Shown here piece by piece: positions 1 through 12,770 of a stretch of 64,000 nt of DNA (the stretch's first letter is position 1; each line of letters begins with the position of its first letter). This DNA is from Lama glama (Eukaryota). The notes below the pieces were generated by a model, which worked only from the letters and a program-made list of their open reading frames with translations, was not told the origin of the DNA and did no database searches. The DNA is taken from the NCBI GenBank assembly GCA_028534125.1, contig CM052816.1, positions 49,292,001-49,356,000 of the forward strand, read 5' to 3'. A program made the position numbers and the translations under genes.

Positions 1-159
1 TTTTTTTAAGAAAACATTTTCAAAAAGGCCAGAGAAAGCTTGACAATGTGATAAAAATCACACTTTGGGTTCTATCTATAATAGAATAGCTAATACCAAA
101 CTAACCTTCCCATAGAAGGCAGTACAAGGTGATTATTAGATGAAAGGTGATGATAGATA

Positions 160-330
160 TAGATTCTTACATATATAAAATGTATGTGGGGGTGTATTTG
201 TCTATACTACATGTTTAAATACATATATTTATATATAATACACATATTTTTATGTATAATGTATTTATATAAGTGTTATATATCACACATACATGCACAC
301 ATACAGACATATATGTACATATACAAATAA
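160..330. repeat. TA/CA-rich low-complexity tract
   Basis: Degenerate (TA)n/(CA)n runs. Confidence 0.7.
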
Positions 331-659
331 TATAGAGAGGTTTAAAAATTATTAGAAACAACTGTGACAACCAGACCTAAGAGGGAAGAACAGGGAGAGA
401 GACACATCGATGTGAGCCTTGAACTCCGTGAGATTTTCCCCTCAGACTATTTGCCTATTTGAACTGAGAACATAAAAGCTAAAATGAAGGGATCATAGTG
501 GTTATCACTAGTCAGAGGGAACAAAAAAGTTAGACTTCAAAGTTATCAAGCATTTAATACTTGAGTAATCAAAAACTCTGAGAATTGATGTGCAAGTTTT
601 TTCAAGATACTTGTCAACTTCTGTAGCAAATAATAACTCTTTAAAAAGTAGTAAATGTG

Positions 660-1720
660 AAAAATAAATCTCCCAATAGCTAATGATCATAATAGAAATC
701 ATGAAAAAATTAGAAAACTCTCAAAATTACATGGTAATGAAAGCGTCATACATAAAAGCTCAAGAGATGCAGCAAAAACGGTCCTTTAGAAGGAAATGCT
801 AATGTAGGTGCTTTGTTAGGGGAAAAAAGTGAGTTGGAAGAAAAATTACTGAAATAGAAAATGAGGATAAAATCTAATTAACAAACCAGGAAACTAGTTC
901 TTTACAAAAACGAATTGTAGGGTAAAAGAGAATGCACCTAGCACACCTCCATCTATAAGCATGTGATGTATCCACAGTAACAGCTGCTGCGCCATGAAAT
1001 CATTGTCTTGTTTACATCAGGACCATGGCTTCTCCCAGTCAAATCTGGGATCGTAATGCAAGCCTGATCTTCGGAGACTTGGGGCTCTTCTTGTGGTAGA
1101 TCTTCAGCTCAAGGACTCCCGGACAAAGGCCTTGCTGTGTCTTTTTTAGACTGAATGGATGTCTAAGGCACTTTACCCAACTTTTCCTCCCACTCTCCTT
1201 TCCTTGACTTGCCTGGTAGTCTAGCAGTCCTCTGAGATACTCACCATCTCCCTCCTCTCCTCTTTTCTCATACATAGGCATTTCCCTTAATAAAATTCCT
1301 GCACATTTAATTCCATCTTGATAACTGCTTCTAGTAGAACTGAGGCTAACACATAAAAACAAAACAGCTGTTCAGAAACAGAGAGAATGAAGGCACAAAT
1401 AAATATTAGCAGAAAGGACATAATTGTTGATACAACAAATTTTTAAAAGATAACAGACGTGTGGACAAATTTGTACAAATTAAATTCTAGACAGAAAGTT
1501 CCAGGGAAATTTACTAAAATTGGCTCAAGGAAGGTGGAGGGAAAGCCTGATGAGCTGTAAGCAGTCAAAATGTCAAACAGTTTTAAAAATCTTTGCCAAA
1601 ATGAAAGACAAATCCAAATAATTTTACTGAAAGTCCTGACAAATATTCAAGAACAAGATAATTCCTGTGTCATAAGAAACAGCATAAAGATTGGGAAGTG
1701 GTGGACCGAGGGGCAGAAAA
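660..1720 (+). mobile_element. Old degenerate L1 ORF2 fragment, interrupted by an LTR at ~940-1353
   Basis: gagatgcagcaaaaacggtcctttagaaggaaat (~764-797) resembles the ORF2 WDAAKAVLRGK region; A-rich L1-like sequence resumes after 1353. Confidence 0.65.
940..1353 (+). mobile_element. ERV-L class solo LTR (LTR16/LTR33-like group)
   Basis: 3' end aataaaattcctgcacatttaattccatcttg...ctgcttct...ctaacaca matches ERVL LTR termini. Confidence 0.7.
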
Positions 1721-1765
1721 ATACACCAGGCACATTAAATGAGATAATATTATCTTGATGATAAT

Positions 1766-2130
1766 TGCATTTTAAATTTAGGTCTAAAACATATGTTTGT
1801 TTTAATATATAAATATTAAATGGATGTAAATTCTATGTCTAGATTTTTTTCTTTTTTTCCTTGTGGATGTCCAGTTGTCCCAGCACTATTTGTTGAAAAG
1901 ATGTTTTTTTCCTCATTGTAGTACCTTTGTCCCTTTGTCAATCAGTTGACTATATTTATGTGAGTCTATTTCCAGGCTCTGTATTCATTCCACTATTCTG
2001 TTTGTCAGTTATCATGCCAATACCGCTGCCCTGATTACTATAGCTTTATAGGAATTCTTAAAGTTGAGAAGTCCCAGGTCTCTGACTTGATTTTCCTTCA
2101 GTATTGCCTTGGCTCTTCTGGATCTTTTGC
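1766..2130 (-). mobile_element. Inverted 5' segment of an L1MC-like element (ORF2 3' part)
   Basis: Antisense ORF2 motifs such as gtccagttgtcccagcactatttgttgaaaag and tgattactatagctttatag. Confidence 0.85.
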
Positions 2131-4040
2131 AAGACTATAAAACTCTTAGAGACAACAAAAGAGAAAATCTAGATGACCTTGAGTATGGTAAAGACTTTTT
2201 GGATACAATATCAAAGGCATGATCCATGAAAGAAATAATTGAAAAGCTGGAGTTCATTAAAATTCTAAACTTCTATTCAGTGAAAGACTGTCAAGAGAAT
2301 AAAAAGAGCAACCACAGACCAAGAGAAAATATTTACAGAAGACACATCTGATAAAGAATTGTTATCTAAAATATGCTAAGAACCCTTCAAACGCAACAAT
2401 AAGGAAACAAACAACCCAATTAAAAAGTGGGCCGAAGACCTTAACAGACTCCTGACCAAAGAAGATCGATAGACGGCAAGTAAACCTATGAAAAGGTACT
2501 CAACATCATGTTGAGCAAATGTAAACTACAACAGTGATATACCAATACGCACCTATTAGAATGGCCAAAGTCCTGAGCGCTGACACCACCAAATGCTGGT
2601 GAGAATGAAGCACCACGCAATCTGTCATTCATTGCTGGTGAGAACTGCAGAACTTTGGGCACGTAGCAACTCCATGTGAATTTTTGTGCTAAGAAATGAT
2701 CAAACTCTGTCATTGCTTCTAGCAGCATTAGATGTGTCCCTTGGAAGACCTGAGCCCTCCATGAAATGCTGGCCTGAATAAGCTCAGCACTGCCAGGAAA
2801 TGTGCTGTTCTTCTAGCTACCGTCTGAGGGTAGGTCCCTGACCTCTCTTTCTTAGAGTGTTTACTAAAAATGGTTTACAATCATGACTGTATCTTTTAAG
2901 CTCAGAAATACCTTTCTTAAGGACCTGAGAACCATTCCTTTGAAATGTAATCATTGGGAAGGATAGCGCCTCGTGCTCCCAGGCTCCCTGGAGGAGAGAA
3001 TGCTCACTTTGCTAACTGACAGCTAGCAAATACAGCTGTCCTCTTTTCATCTAGACTGACTAATCCTTTGTAACTTTTCTCTTCTCTGACTCTTCTGAAC
3101 TCCCACTTACCACCCCTCATTCTCCCTTTGAAATGCCTATTCACCTCTGCACAATCTGGAAAGGGGCTCAGCTCTTTCCCCTACTATCAGTACTTACTAA
3201 ATAAAATCTCTTCACTACTTTAGCTAACATCCAGCTGTGTTTATCATTGGCGCTTGTGGAAATGCAAAGTGGTACAGTCACTTTCGAAGACAGTTTGGCA
3301 GTTTCTTACAACAACAAAGGAACTTTTACTTCACAACCCAGCATCCATGCTCCTTGGTATTTACCCAAGTAAGTTGAAAACTTACATCCACACAAAAAGC
3401 TGCTCATGGATGTGTATAGTATAGCAGCTTTATTATTGCCAAAACTTGGTAGCAGCCTAGGTGTCCTTCAGCAAGTGAGTGATTAAATAAAGCGTGGTGC
3501 ATCCAGACGTTGGCATATTATTCAATGCTAAAAGGAAATGAATTATGAAGCTGTAAAAAGACAGTGACGGATTTAAATACATATTCAGTGAAAGAAGCCA
3601 ACCTGAAAAGCCAACATATCAAATGATTCCAACTGTATGATATTCTGGAAAAGACTAAACTATAGATACAGGAGAAAGAACAGTGGTTGCCAGGGATTAG
3701 AGGAGAGGAAGGGTTGAATAGGTGAAGCACAGAGGATTGGTAGAGCAGTGAAACAGTTGTGTGTCATACCCTAATGGTGGGTACATACCATTATGAATTT
3801 ATTCAAACCCATAGACTATCCAACACCAAGAGTGAACCTTAATGTAGACTATGGACTTTGGGTGATGATGTGTCAATGTAAGTTCATGGATTGTAACAAA
3901 TGTTCCACTTTGGTGCTGGATGTTGATAGGGAGGCTGGGTCTGGGTGCGGGGCTGTGTATGAAAGGGGTGTGAAGGGATAAATGGGAACTCTCTTTTCTG
4001 CTCAATTTTGACAGAAAGCTAAAACTAAATTCTGTTGAAA
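2131..4040 (+). mobile_element. L1MC1-like ORF2 3' end and 3' UTR, split by an ERV1 LTR
   Basis: actataaaactcttaga...; 3' UTR ccaagagtgaaccttaatgtagactatggactttgggtgatgatg. Confidence 0.9.
2639..3252 (+). mobile_element. ERV1 (MER4-group, MER67/MER31-like) solo LTR inserted in L1
   Basis: Starts with TG, splits the L1 motif cattgctgg|tggaaatgcaaagtggtacag, and has aataaa near its 3' end. Confidence 0.7.
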
Positions 4041-4214
4041 AATGCTGTGAAGTGTGACAATTTTATACCAGTTAGGAAGAAGAAAAAACAATGTTGTCAA
4101 TGAACTAAGACATACATGCTTTAATAGCACTTAATTTTATTATATAATTTTTTTTAAATTAGAAGATCTTGTCAAATCAGTCTGCTATCTTGGTATCAAA
4201 GAATATACAATAAA

Positions 4215-4550
4215 AATTAATTGGAGAGACTTCCTGTCAGCTCCTTGGAATCTGCCTCAGTGGCAGAGACTCAGCTGGCTGAATGCTGTGCCCTTCCCAG
4301 AGGAGCACATGAGGGATTGGTTTGAAGGCACAGCCAACGTGAGATGACAGTGCCACACCCACTCCTGGGGCGGCAGAGACCTAGAGGGCTTGCTTGGGCC
4401 TGCATCACCCTCCAGTTTCCACCTTTATACAGTCCTACTTCTTTTTTTTTCTCCTGGTCACAATTGTTGAGCTCTACTCAACAGCATGTCCCCCGAACTC
4501 TGGCTCAGTGTCTGCTTCCAGATGATATTTCCCCAGTGTGCTTCTAATAG
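4215..4550 (+). mobile_element. LTR16-like ERV-L LTR
   Basis: ggaatctgcctcag...tgcccttccc...tcagtgtctgcttcc resemble LTR16. Confidence 0.6.
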
Positions 4551-7500
4551 TCAAGGCAGTATCATTTTTGTTTAATATAAATGTCTCTTAATACCATACA
4601 TAATGCACTTAAAATATGTCCTATTCGGGCTTAAAGGCCCAATAAATGTATATTCCAGCATCTTAACTTGGGCTTCCATCAGCTACTGGTATTTAAGCAG
4701 GGCCTGGAAAGGGGTCCCCAGTTTAATAGTCTAGATGGGGAAAGGGAAAAATGATGCAATTGAGGGACAGCAAAGGCCAGGAGGCAGGAAAGTACAATGA
4801 GTGTGCCACAGTAGAAAGAAAAATGGTTTATCTGGACAACGATGCAACTGGAAAGGGAAATTAGGGCAAGAATGGATGGAGAGGTGGGGGAAAGCCCATC
4901 AGAGGGTCAAGCCTTCAACGAGGCTTGTACTCAGTGCTCAGCTTGAAGCCCAGATGTGTGTTAAAACTTTCAGCTTGTTTTTGACCAATGAATGTTACCT
5001 TCCATTTAAAGTATTAGGTACTGCAAAAAGTTTATTTACAGCAGTCACCACTTCAGCAGACTAAATGCCCCCTAATCTATTTAAATTTAATATTTTGTTT
5101 ATATAATGAGGTTGTTATTATCTACTTTTCCTTACTCTGTATTGCCAAATTATATACTAATCATCTATAGATACATTGTGAAGATTTCAAAGGTACTTTA
5201 AAAAATAATATGTAAAAAATTATCACTCACATTCTCCTACTTTGATGGTCTTTATAGCTCACAAAATGTATTTCTGAAGTTACATGTAGAGAAGAAACAA
5301 TAACTGTCTATGTGAAATTACCCTTAAACAACTGAGCCACCTGGTGGATCTTGTACCTAAGAATTTAGCTTCCCTCCTTCAAATTATGTTTTCTTAAGGA
5401 CCACAGAATTCTCACAACCACCAGCAGATTTCTTAAAATTTCTTGACCACAAAACAAAATCAAATTAAAGGACGTTCAGGAAGTCAGTGAAACAAAATTA
5501 CCAATGCCTTCCCTTCGTTTTCCTTTGGCAAACGTGCAGTAAGAGAAGAGATCCAGTATCTTTCTGCACACTGACCCACGCAGCTCCACTACCACGAAGG
5601 CAACCACACAACACTCAGAGCAGTCGAGGACATGCTGCCAAAAGTACAGAAGGGCTTGGCAGCGAATAACAACATTTTGCATTTCTGTGCTGTGCCCATC
5701 GCAGTGACAGCTGCCGAGACAGATTTCGAAGTCTCTTACACCGCCAGTTACCCACGTATTTCTATCCTTGGCACCTCTTTCAAGAATAGCAAATACCAGC
5801 TGTTCCTTCTGGCCACCAAGGCAGCGCATCACATTGCTTCTGCCCCGCAAATAAGTAAATAAGAAAGAAGTAACAGCAACAGTAAGTAAAATCTAAGCCG
5901 AGATAAGGGAAAACCAACCCCCAAAAAGTTTCTATTTGTACTTCCAACCTAGCACGTCAATACTTTGGCTCCCACTTTATCCAAAACATCATGCCACTCC
6001 TAATCTTTCCTGGAAATACACACAAAAGTGGAAAAAAAAATCTGCAGATAGCCTGGATGATGTGTAATTTGAGAGCTTGGAGGAATTTCAGTATGTTCCT
6101 TAAAGAGTGCCAGAAAATAGCAGTATCCTATAAATCTCAGTAGTCGAGGCAGTGGTTCCTATCCAAACCTAGTTGGTTTCAGAAAACAATTTTTAAAATA
6201 CTGTGATTATATAATAATTACTATCCATTTAATGGGGGAGGGGGCTTTTTAAAATATTTGGGGCATGTGGGAAAGACCTAGATAAAGAAGACTATGTAGA
6301 TATAGGTTCTTTCTTATTCAACATAACATAGCACTGATAAAAAAGAGGATGGCACCATGTTTAGCTAAACCTTAAAATACTTATCTGTTATTATAAGAGT
6401 GTCATAAATATTAAATAAGCTCCCTGGTTCCCCTTTTATAAATAGTTTTCATACTTTTTATCTTTTGATTTAAAATAGACTCATAAATACATTAGCATAA
6501 TATTGAAAAAACCTATTTTTACTGAACTCCTACAGTCTGTCAGTAAAAGAAAAAAAATAAGTTAAACTTCCCAGTTGGTTTTAAGTTCTACATTGGAAGT
6601 GCATGCGCTTTTAATTGGAACTGATAAATATTTGGAAGCTTTCTTATCTCTGACTATAAAAGATTTTGGTAGGATGCTTGTTGACTGAGGAAAATAAGGA
6701 CATAATTAATTTATTTTCATTTTTTCTAATTCTTGGTTATATTTCAGTTCGTATGTATTAAAGGAATATGTAAAATACGGAGATTCTGCTAATGAGCCAG
6801 TGACCCTGTAATATGAACAGCCCCTTAAGGAATGATTGGGCTACTCATTGAATGGTTTAAGCTTCACTCTAATTTAACATGCATTCAGGAAAATAGGAGA
6901 ATGTATCATAAAATGATACACATGAGATTAAAATTAGACTGTACATTAAAAAGTTGTTGCAATATCTGAGTCTTGATAAACGTGTGCTTTTATCTCGACT
7001 ACTTTTTACCAGGTTGTTAGTTATTCTTTTCTTTTGTTTTATTTTCTTAGAAATGAACCAATTCTTCCATTTCAGAGGAGCCAAACATTCATTCATCTAA
7101 TAGTACAAATGTAGAAGGACTCTTCACGTATCTGGTACCGTGAGAAATGCCAGCTCCCAGATGGCGTTCTCATAGAATATCATACAAACCGAGTGCAACG
7201 GAACACTGATGGTTTCAACACTTGAGCCCCAGGTTTAGCATCCTACCTTCAAGAAAGTTTACATGACCTTTAAACATCTTTGGGGTGTGTTTTATCAAAT
7301 TCCTCTTAGCAAAAAAGCATTTTCAAAATAAAGCTGTCAATATAGGATTGAGTTTGCTAAATCCATGTAATTTTGAATTGATTTTTTTTTCCCCCTGAAG
7401 TGATCAATTAGGACTAGAAGTCCTATTTTGTTAATGACTCAAAGTTTACACTTTGAGAACGGGAAGTAAGATTTTGTTTTCTTTTTGTACAATACGTTTT

Positions 7501-7814
7501 TTTTTTTCCACATTATTCCTGGCCTTTGCTGCAGAGGTTCTTAGTCAGAGTGGAGTGAGCACACACGTGTCCTGGAGGAATGTGAGCCACCGCCTCTGGA
7601 ATTCTGTAGATGAGTCAGGAAAACTCGTCTCTAGTTTCTTGGTTGAGAATGTTGAAATAATCTTACTAAGCTTGTTTTTCTCTACCTTCAGGTCAGAATC
7701 TGTGTTTTTTCACTGTCTTTGAATTTTTAATACTTGGGTTTGTGGTTTCATCATTTAGAAACTATTTAGCACCTAGTACATAACAGACACACAACACGTT
7801 AACTCTGAAAATTT

Positions 7815-7930
7815 ATAACTACCCTGCATTTTACATTGAAGGACACTGAAACTCAGAGGAACCTGAGGGGTGTGCCTTTAGGACGCTTAAATTAGCAATA
7901 TAAAAACAAGATTTTGCATTTACACTTGGC
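7815..7930 (-). mobile_element. MIR fragment
   Basis: cattttacattgaaggacactgaaactcagag is a MIR core-like motif. Confidence 0.55.
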
Positions 7931-9054
7931 CAGTTCCAAAGTGTATTTTTTCTTAACCTTACTGCTGTGCCTTCTGGCTTATTACTATATTTTTAAAATC
8001 TAAATTTAATGTGGAGAAGGGGACTGGATTTCGAGGTGGGTGGGTGTAGAAGACTTCAGCTGAATCAGTAGTAATTGAGGTTACATAAGACATACATTCA
8101 TGCATTGTTTTTTATTAAAAGTAAAATATGTAGTTTGAAATGCAGCTGGACTTTTAAGTTTATGAAGTTTCTATTTTAAAAGTCGAGTTAGAAAAAATTT
8201 ACTGTTAAACTCTGGAAGTAGAATTAAATATTTTGTGGTAAATCATGGGCTAGTTTAGCTATAATTATCTGTTCAACTGTGGCAAAGCTGAGGTCTGGTT
8301 TTCGTTTTTTTATAAGTAGAGATTTTTCCTTAAAAGGGAATTTTAAGAAGAGTGCGTTTTTTTTCTTTACTTGAGAAACAGATGTGAAAAGTAAGAAGCA
8401 TTTTTTTTTTTCCCTAAGAAACATATAACTTGAGACCTAAGTCCTTGGGATTTTCTCCTGTGTTGGGTTTGGGGGTATCTTGGATGACCAACAATGATCT
8501 AAGACAGTCTTGACCCCCCAGTCATTTCATGTGTTTCTCTACTCCAAAGATCCTTTCTCTTACATGTAATTCCATAGATGTCATCTCCCAAGTTCTTGAA
8601 CCAGTCAGTGTAGACCAAGAAATTTGTGTATGCGTGTTGTTGTTTGGAAAGGACTTTTGATCTTACTGCTTGATGTTTCATAGATTACACTTGTTCACAA
8701 GATTTTTCAGCCAAGAAACATTTCACTCTGCTACATACTAAAATTGGATAAATAATGGATACTTGATTAAAATGAAAATTGTTGGCAGCATTCTTTGGAA
8801 TCACTGTTAGGCCCCAACAATACCTGGCCTTTCCTTATCAAGGATATTCAATTGCAAAGGTATATCTCAAAAAGATTTGTAATACACATTTTTGGAAGAA
8901 GAAAGTTCAGGTAAAATCGTATCCTGTCATATTTAACACTTAAGTTTGTGTCAGTCCCCTTATGGGAAAATTATGAGTGCATCAGAACATGAATGCTTTC
9001 AGGATAAAGCAAATTACCAAATACGATAGATGTAATCATGGCAGATCAGCAGAC

Positions 9055-9331
9055 CTCAGTGACAATTGATGACATCTTACTGACCCTAAGAAACTATACA
9101 TCAAAAGTAAGAATGGATCTGTTGAAATCTAGAGTGAAGTTTAGTGTTGACAAAAATAAAAGTATGCAAAAGAGTGGCAGAGGGAATTGAAGTCATAGAT
9201 GAAACACTTCATATCTTACAGTAGCAGGAATTGAGAATCTTCTCCAATATAAAAAAAATCTACTTCAATATATAAGTGTATATGGAAAAATTACCTGAAA
9301 AAAAAATTTATGTAATCAGCATTTAGTGTTA
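9055..9331 (+). repeat. Copy 1 of a ~275 bp dispersed direct duplication
   Basis: Aligns end to end with 10612-10887. Confidence 0.92.
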
Positions 9332-10611
9332 CTGTCCTAAACACAGCAACCCAGATGGGGGCATATTATAGACTCGTGACCCCTTATAAACTTCCTGTCC
9401 TTATCATTAGCCCTCAAGGATTTGATGTGTTCCTTTGGACTGGAACACGTGTCTCCAGTCAGTATGGGAATTTTAGCTGTAGTTTTTTGAATCAAAAAAA
9501 TAACAAAAGGTAGTCCAAATTAAGAGTAAAGCACATCAAGACAATATCAGCTATATTTCCAAGTTAGAATTTTAAGCATATGAGACTTTCTGTTACTCTT
9601 AATACTATTCAAAAAAAGTTTTGAGGCATTCAGCCTTTTGTGAAGTTATTTTCCTTAGCTATATGCTTTATGGAAACTTGAATTTTTGCCATAAATAATA
9701 AATCACACAATGGCTTTCATATGAATATATAAAAATATAGATTACTCCATATCTAAAGAAAAACAAATTTGAAATTTAATGCATTAGAAAAGAAAGCTGA
9801 AATGTGAAATTTTTGAAATGGATTTTCATCTTATTCCTATATGCTAACTGTATCTTGTAAATCAATTATTTGTGGCTTTTCCTTTAAGGATGTGACTTAT
9901 GTTTCAAAAATCATAAGCTTTTGTTTGAAATGTCATCACCACCACATGGATTATTGAAACTCAGTTCACAAGCCATGATAGGTCCATTTGTTCAAGGATG
10001 TAGAAGCTTGATTTTGTAAAGCTAGACTGCTGAGCAGCAAAATAGCTACAGTTTAGTTCATGATTGTGTCTAAATGGAATCAGCAGTTAGAGAATAAGCA
10101 AATCAGACTGTTTCTAAAAGGATGGCCTCAAAAATAATCACTTTCAGGGACCCTTAGGACACCATGTAGAGTCATTCGTGTAAAAGGCCAGGTTTTCATC
10201 CTTAGGAGCAAGCTATTGTTGACAGTCCCTTCCTATTGCATACAATGATATAATGAACTTGCAACATGTCCATTAATTGCATGTGTGGTACATCTCAGAG
10301 GTTAATGGAGTAAGATTAAATGTAGCCTGAAAATAAAATGAAATCAAAGAGTTTCAAGACCTTTGACTTTACAGTCTCACAGTATACTACTGGAAAATCA
10401 AAGTGATTGTTATCCATGTTTAGCACACACCTATATTTAATAGGATCATTTTCCCTCATTACATCTCAGTGCATTAACAACTGTTACTAATCAGCTACTT
10501 TCATTTAGCATTACACTACTTACCTGCTGATTTGTTAAGTACAGAAAAAAAACTGATTTTACTACAAATGTTTTAAGTAACATTTGAGTTTCACTCAAGT
10601 TAACTAAAAAT

Positions 10612-10887
10612 CTCAGTGACACTGATGATACTTACTGACTCTAAGTAACTATACATCAAAAGTGAGAATGGATCCAGTAAAATCTAGAGTGATGTTTAGT
10701 GTTTACAGAAATAAAGATACGCAAGAGTGGTAGAGGGAATTGAAGTCACAGATGAAAACTTCACATCTTCCAGTAGCCGGAATTGAAATTTTTTTCAATA
10801 TATGTATAAAATCTACTTGAATATATGATAAGAGTATATAGAAAAATTAGGTGGAAAAAAATTTACGTGACCAGCATCTAGTATTAT
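10612..10887 (+). repeat. Copy 2 of the ~275 bp dispersed direct duplication
   Basis: Shared blocks such as aactatacatcaaaagt, aaatctagagtga and agagggaattgaagtca. Confidence 0.92.
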
Positions 10888-11017
10888 CAGTGTTCTAAAT
10901 TTTAGCCATTCTAATAGGAGTGTTGTGGTATCTCGTTGTTTTAACTTGGAATTCCATAATGGCATATGATGTGGACGATCTTTTCATGTGCTCTTTTGCC
11001 ATCTGTATACCTTCTTT
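10871..11017 (-). mobile_element. Short internal L1 ORF2 fragment
   Basis: ttagccattctaatagg...gtggtatctc...ttttcatgtgc; the minus frame gives IQMAKEHMKRSSTS...RYHNTPIRMAKI. Confidence 0.85.
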
Positions 11018-12639
11018 ACCATGCAGTCTTGAGGAGATCAGTGACTTATAGATCACAAAAAGTTTGACAAGTAAATTAGTTCCTTTACTAGAGACATGGG
11101 AGGATAAGAAGTTCATGAAGATAATAATGGATGTTTAAAGGTATTTTCAAATATAAAAGGACAGTTGTAAATATTTACATGATTGAGATTACTAAACCCA
11201 AGATGTGGGAAAGTTGATTATCTTCAGTAATTGTGACTTAGGTGTCAAACCAATTCTTTCAAAACATGGGACCCAATATTCTCTATACTACATTTTGTCT
11301 GTATGATGTTATTATTCACACTTCCTGTGCTCATTTGCATAACTGGATGATACTGCTCTGACCTACCGCCTCTATTTTTTTTTCATAAATATCCATATTA
11401 GAACTTTTATTCCGTTATATTTTCTCATGATCTCAAAATTCTTGGTTACTAGAAATATATATAATGATCATACAGCTTACTATCAGTATATAAAAAGAAA
11501 GATAGCTATTTTCTGCTCCCTACAGTAAATATCGTCCGCATTAGAGCAGCTGATGATGCTGCCACATGCTGGGAAAAACATTTCACTGACAGACTCTGTC
11601 ATCTGGATTATTGCAAGTGACAATGAGGCAACTGGTCTGGTGAGTTTCCAGACACATTTCTGACAAAGCCAATCATGTGAATATGTCAAATCAGTCGTGC
11701 CACTATTTTAACTTTGATCCCAATCCTAAAATAGATCCCTTCCATTAGAATTTTGTAGTGTGTACAAACATAATGAATAAAGATTCTGCATTAAGATTCA
11801 TGGAGCTGTTGGGAAAACTAATTCACAATAATGTGTTGTTACTTATTGATGAACTTTTGTCAACTTACCTTCTGCCAACTATTAGTGAAATTACTCTTTT
11901 GTGAAATTTACTCCCCAAGTCATTGTTTCTCATTCAGTTTAATTTCTAATTCTGTGTCAGAATATTAATGTTTGGTCCCTTTAAGGGATGTTTTCTGGAT
12001 TCTGTATCCTGATTTACTGTCATTGAGGTTAGGTTTGCTTCCCTCTATGCTCTTTCTCCAGACAAAGCAAACAAGGGAGTTGTTGACAAGAGAAAGGTGT
12101 GTTCTTTGTGGTGAACAATACCTTTTGGAGTCTGCAAGGGGAGCATAATAACTGATTTATTCTTGTACCTCTAAAATATGTCAATTAAAGATACATGGTG
12201 CAGCTGTATAAGTGGAGATAATAAAACTTGGCAAAATTACGTTTTAAGTACAGGGAATCACAGAACTGAACATCAGAAAAATAGAGAAGCCTGTGAAGCC
12301 ATTGAAAGAAACCTAAAGACCTATGTTTTAAAACAAGATGTTAAAAATTTAAAGCGTAAGACACAGATCGTGAAAATCATTGGACTCACTTAAATTTCAA
12401 AGTGGATATAAGGTCAGTTTGTCTTGTAGTGAAGCATCCATAAGTTACAACCTAGCTTCAGCCACCAGTCCTTGCAAAATAAATTTGATAAGCTTTGTTT
12501 TTGTAATAGAATAATTCCTCTTTCTCCTCTGAGAGCCTTCCCAGAGTGTTCTTGTAATTAATCCCAGAGTTTTTCCTTTTTCTATAGAGCCTGTTCTGTT
12601 CTCTATTTTCTACTATTTCTCCCATAGTAGATACCATGG

Positions 12640-12770
12640 TATGTGCCTTTCCTCCTCATTTGGCTTTGAATTTCTCAAAAACCAGGCCATGTCTTATTTA
12701 TAATTACATTCCATTTTCTCCTCTACCACTTAGTACAAAGTTTGACACAAAAAATCCTCCACTAACTTAA
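12640..12770 (+). mobile_element. L2 3' end fragment
   Basis: caggccatgtcttattt...acttagtacaaagtttgacaca resembles the L2 tail. Confidence 0.45.
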
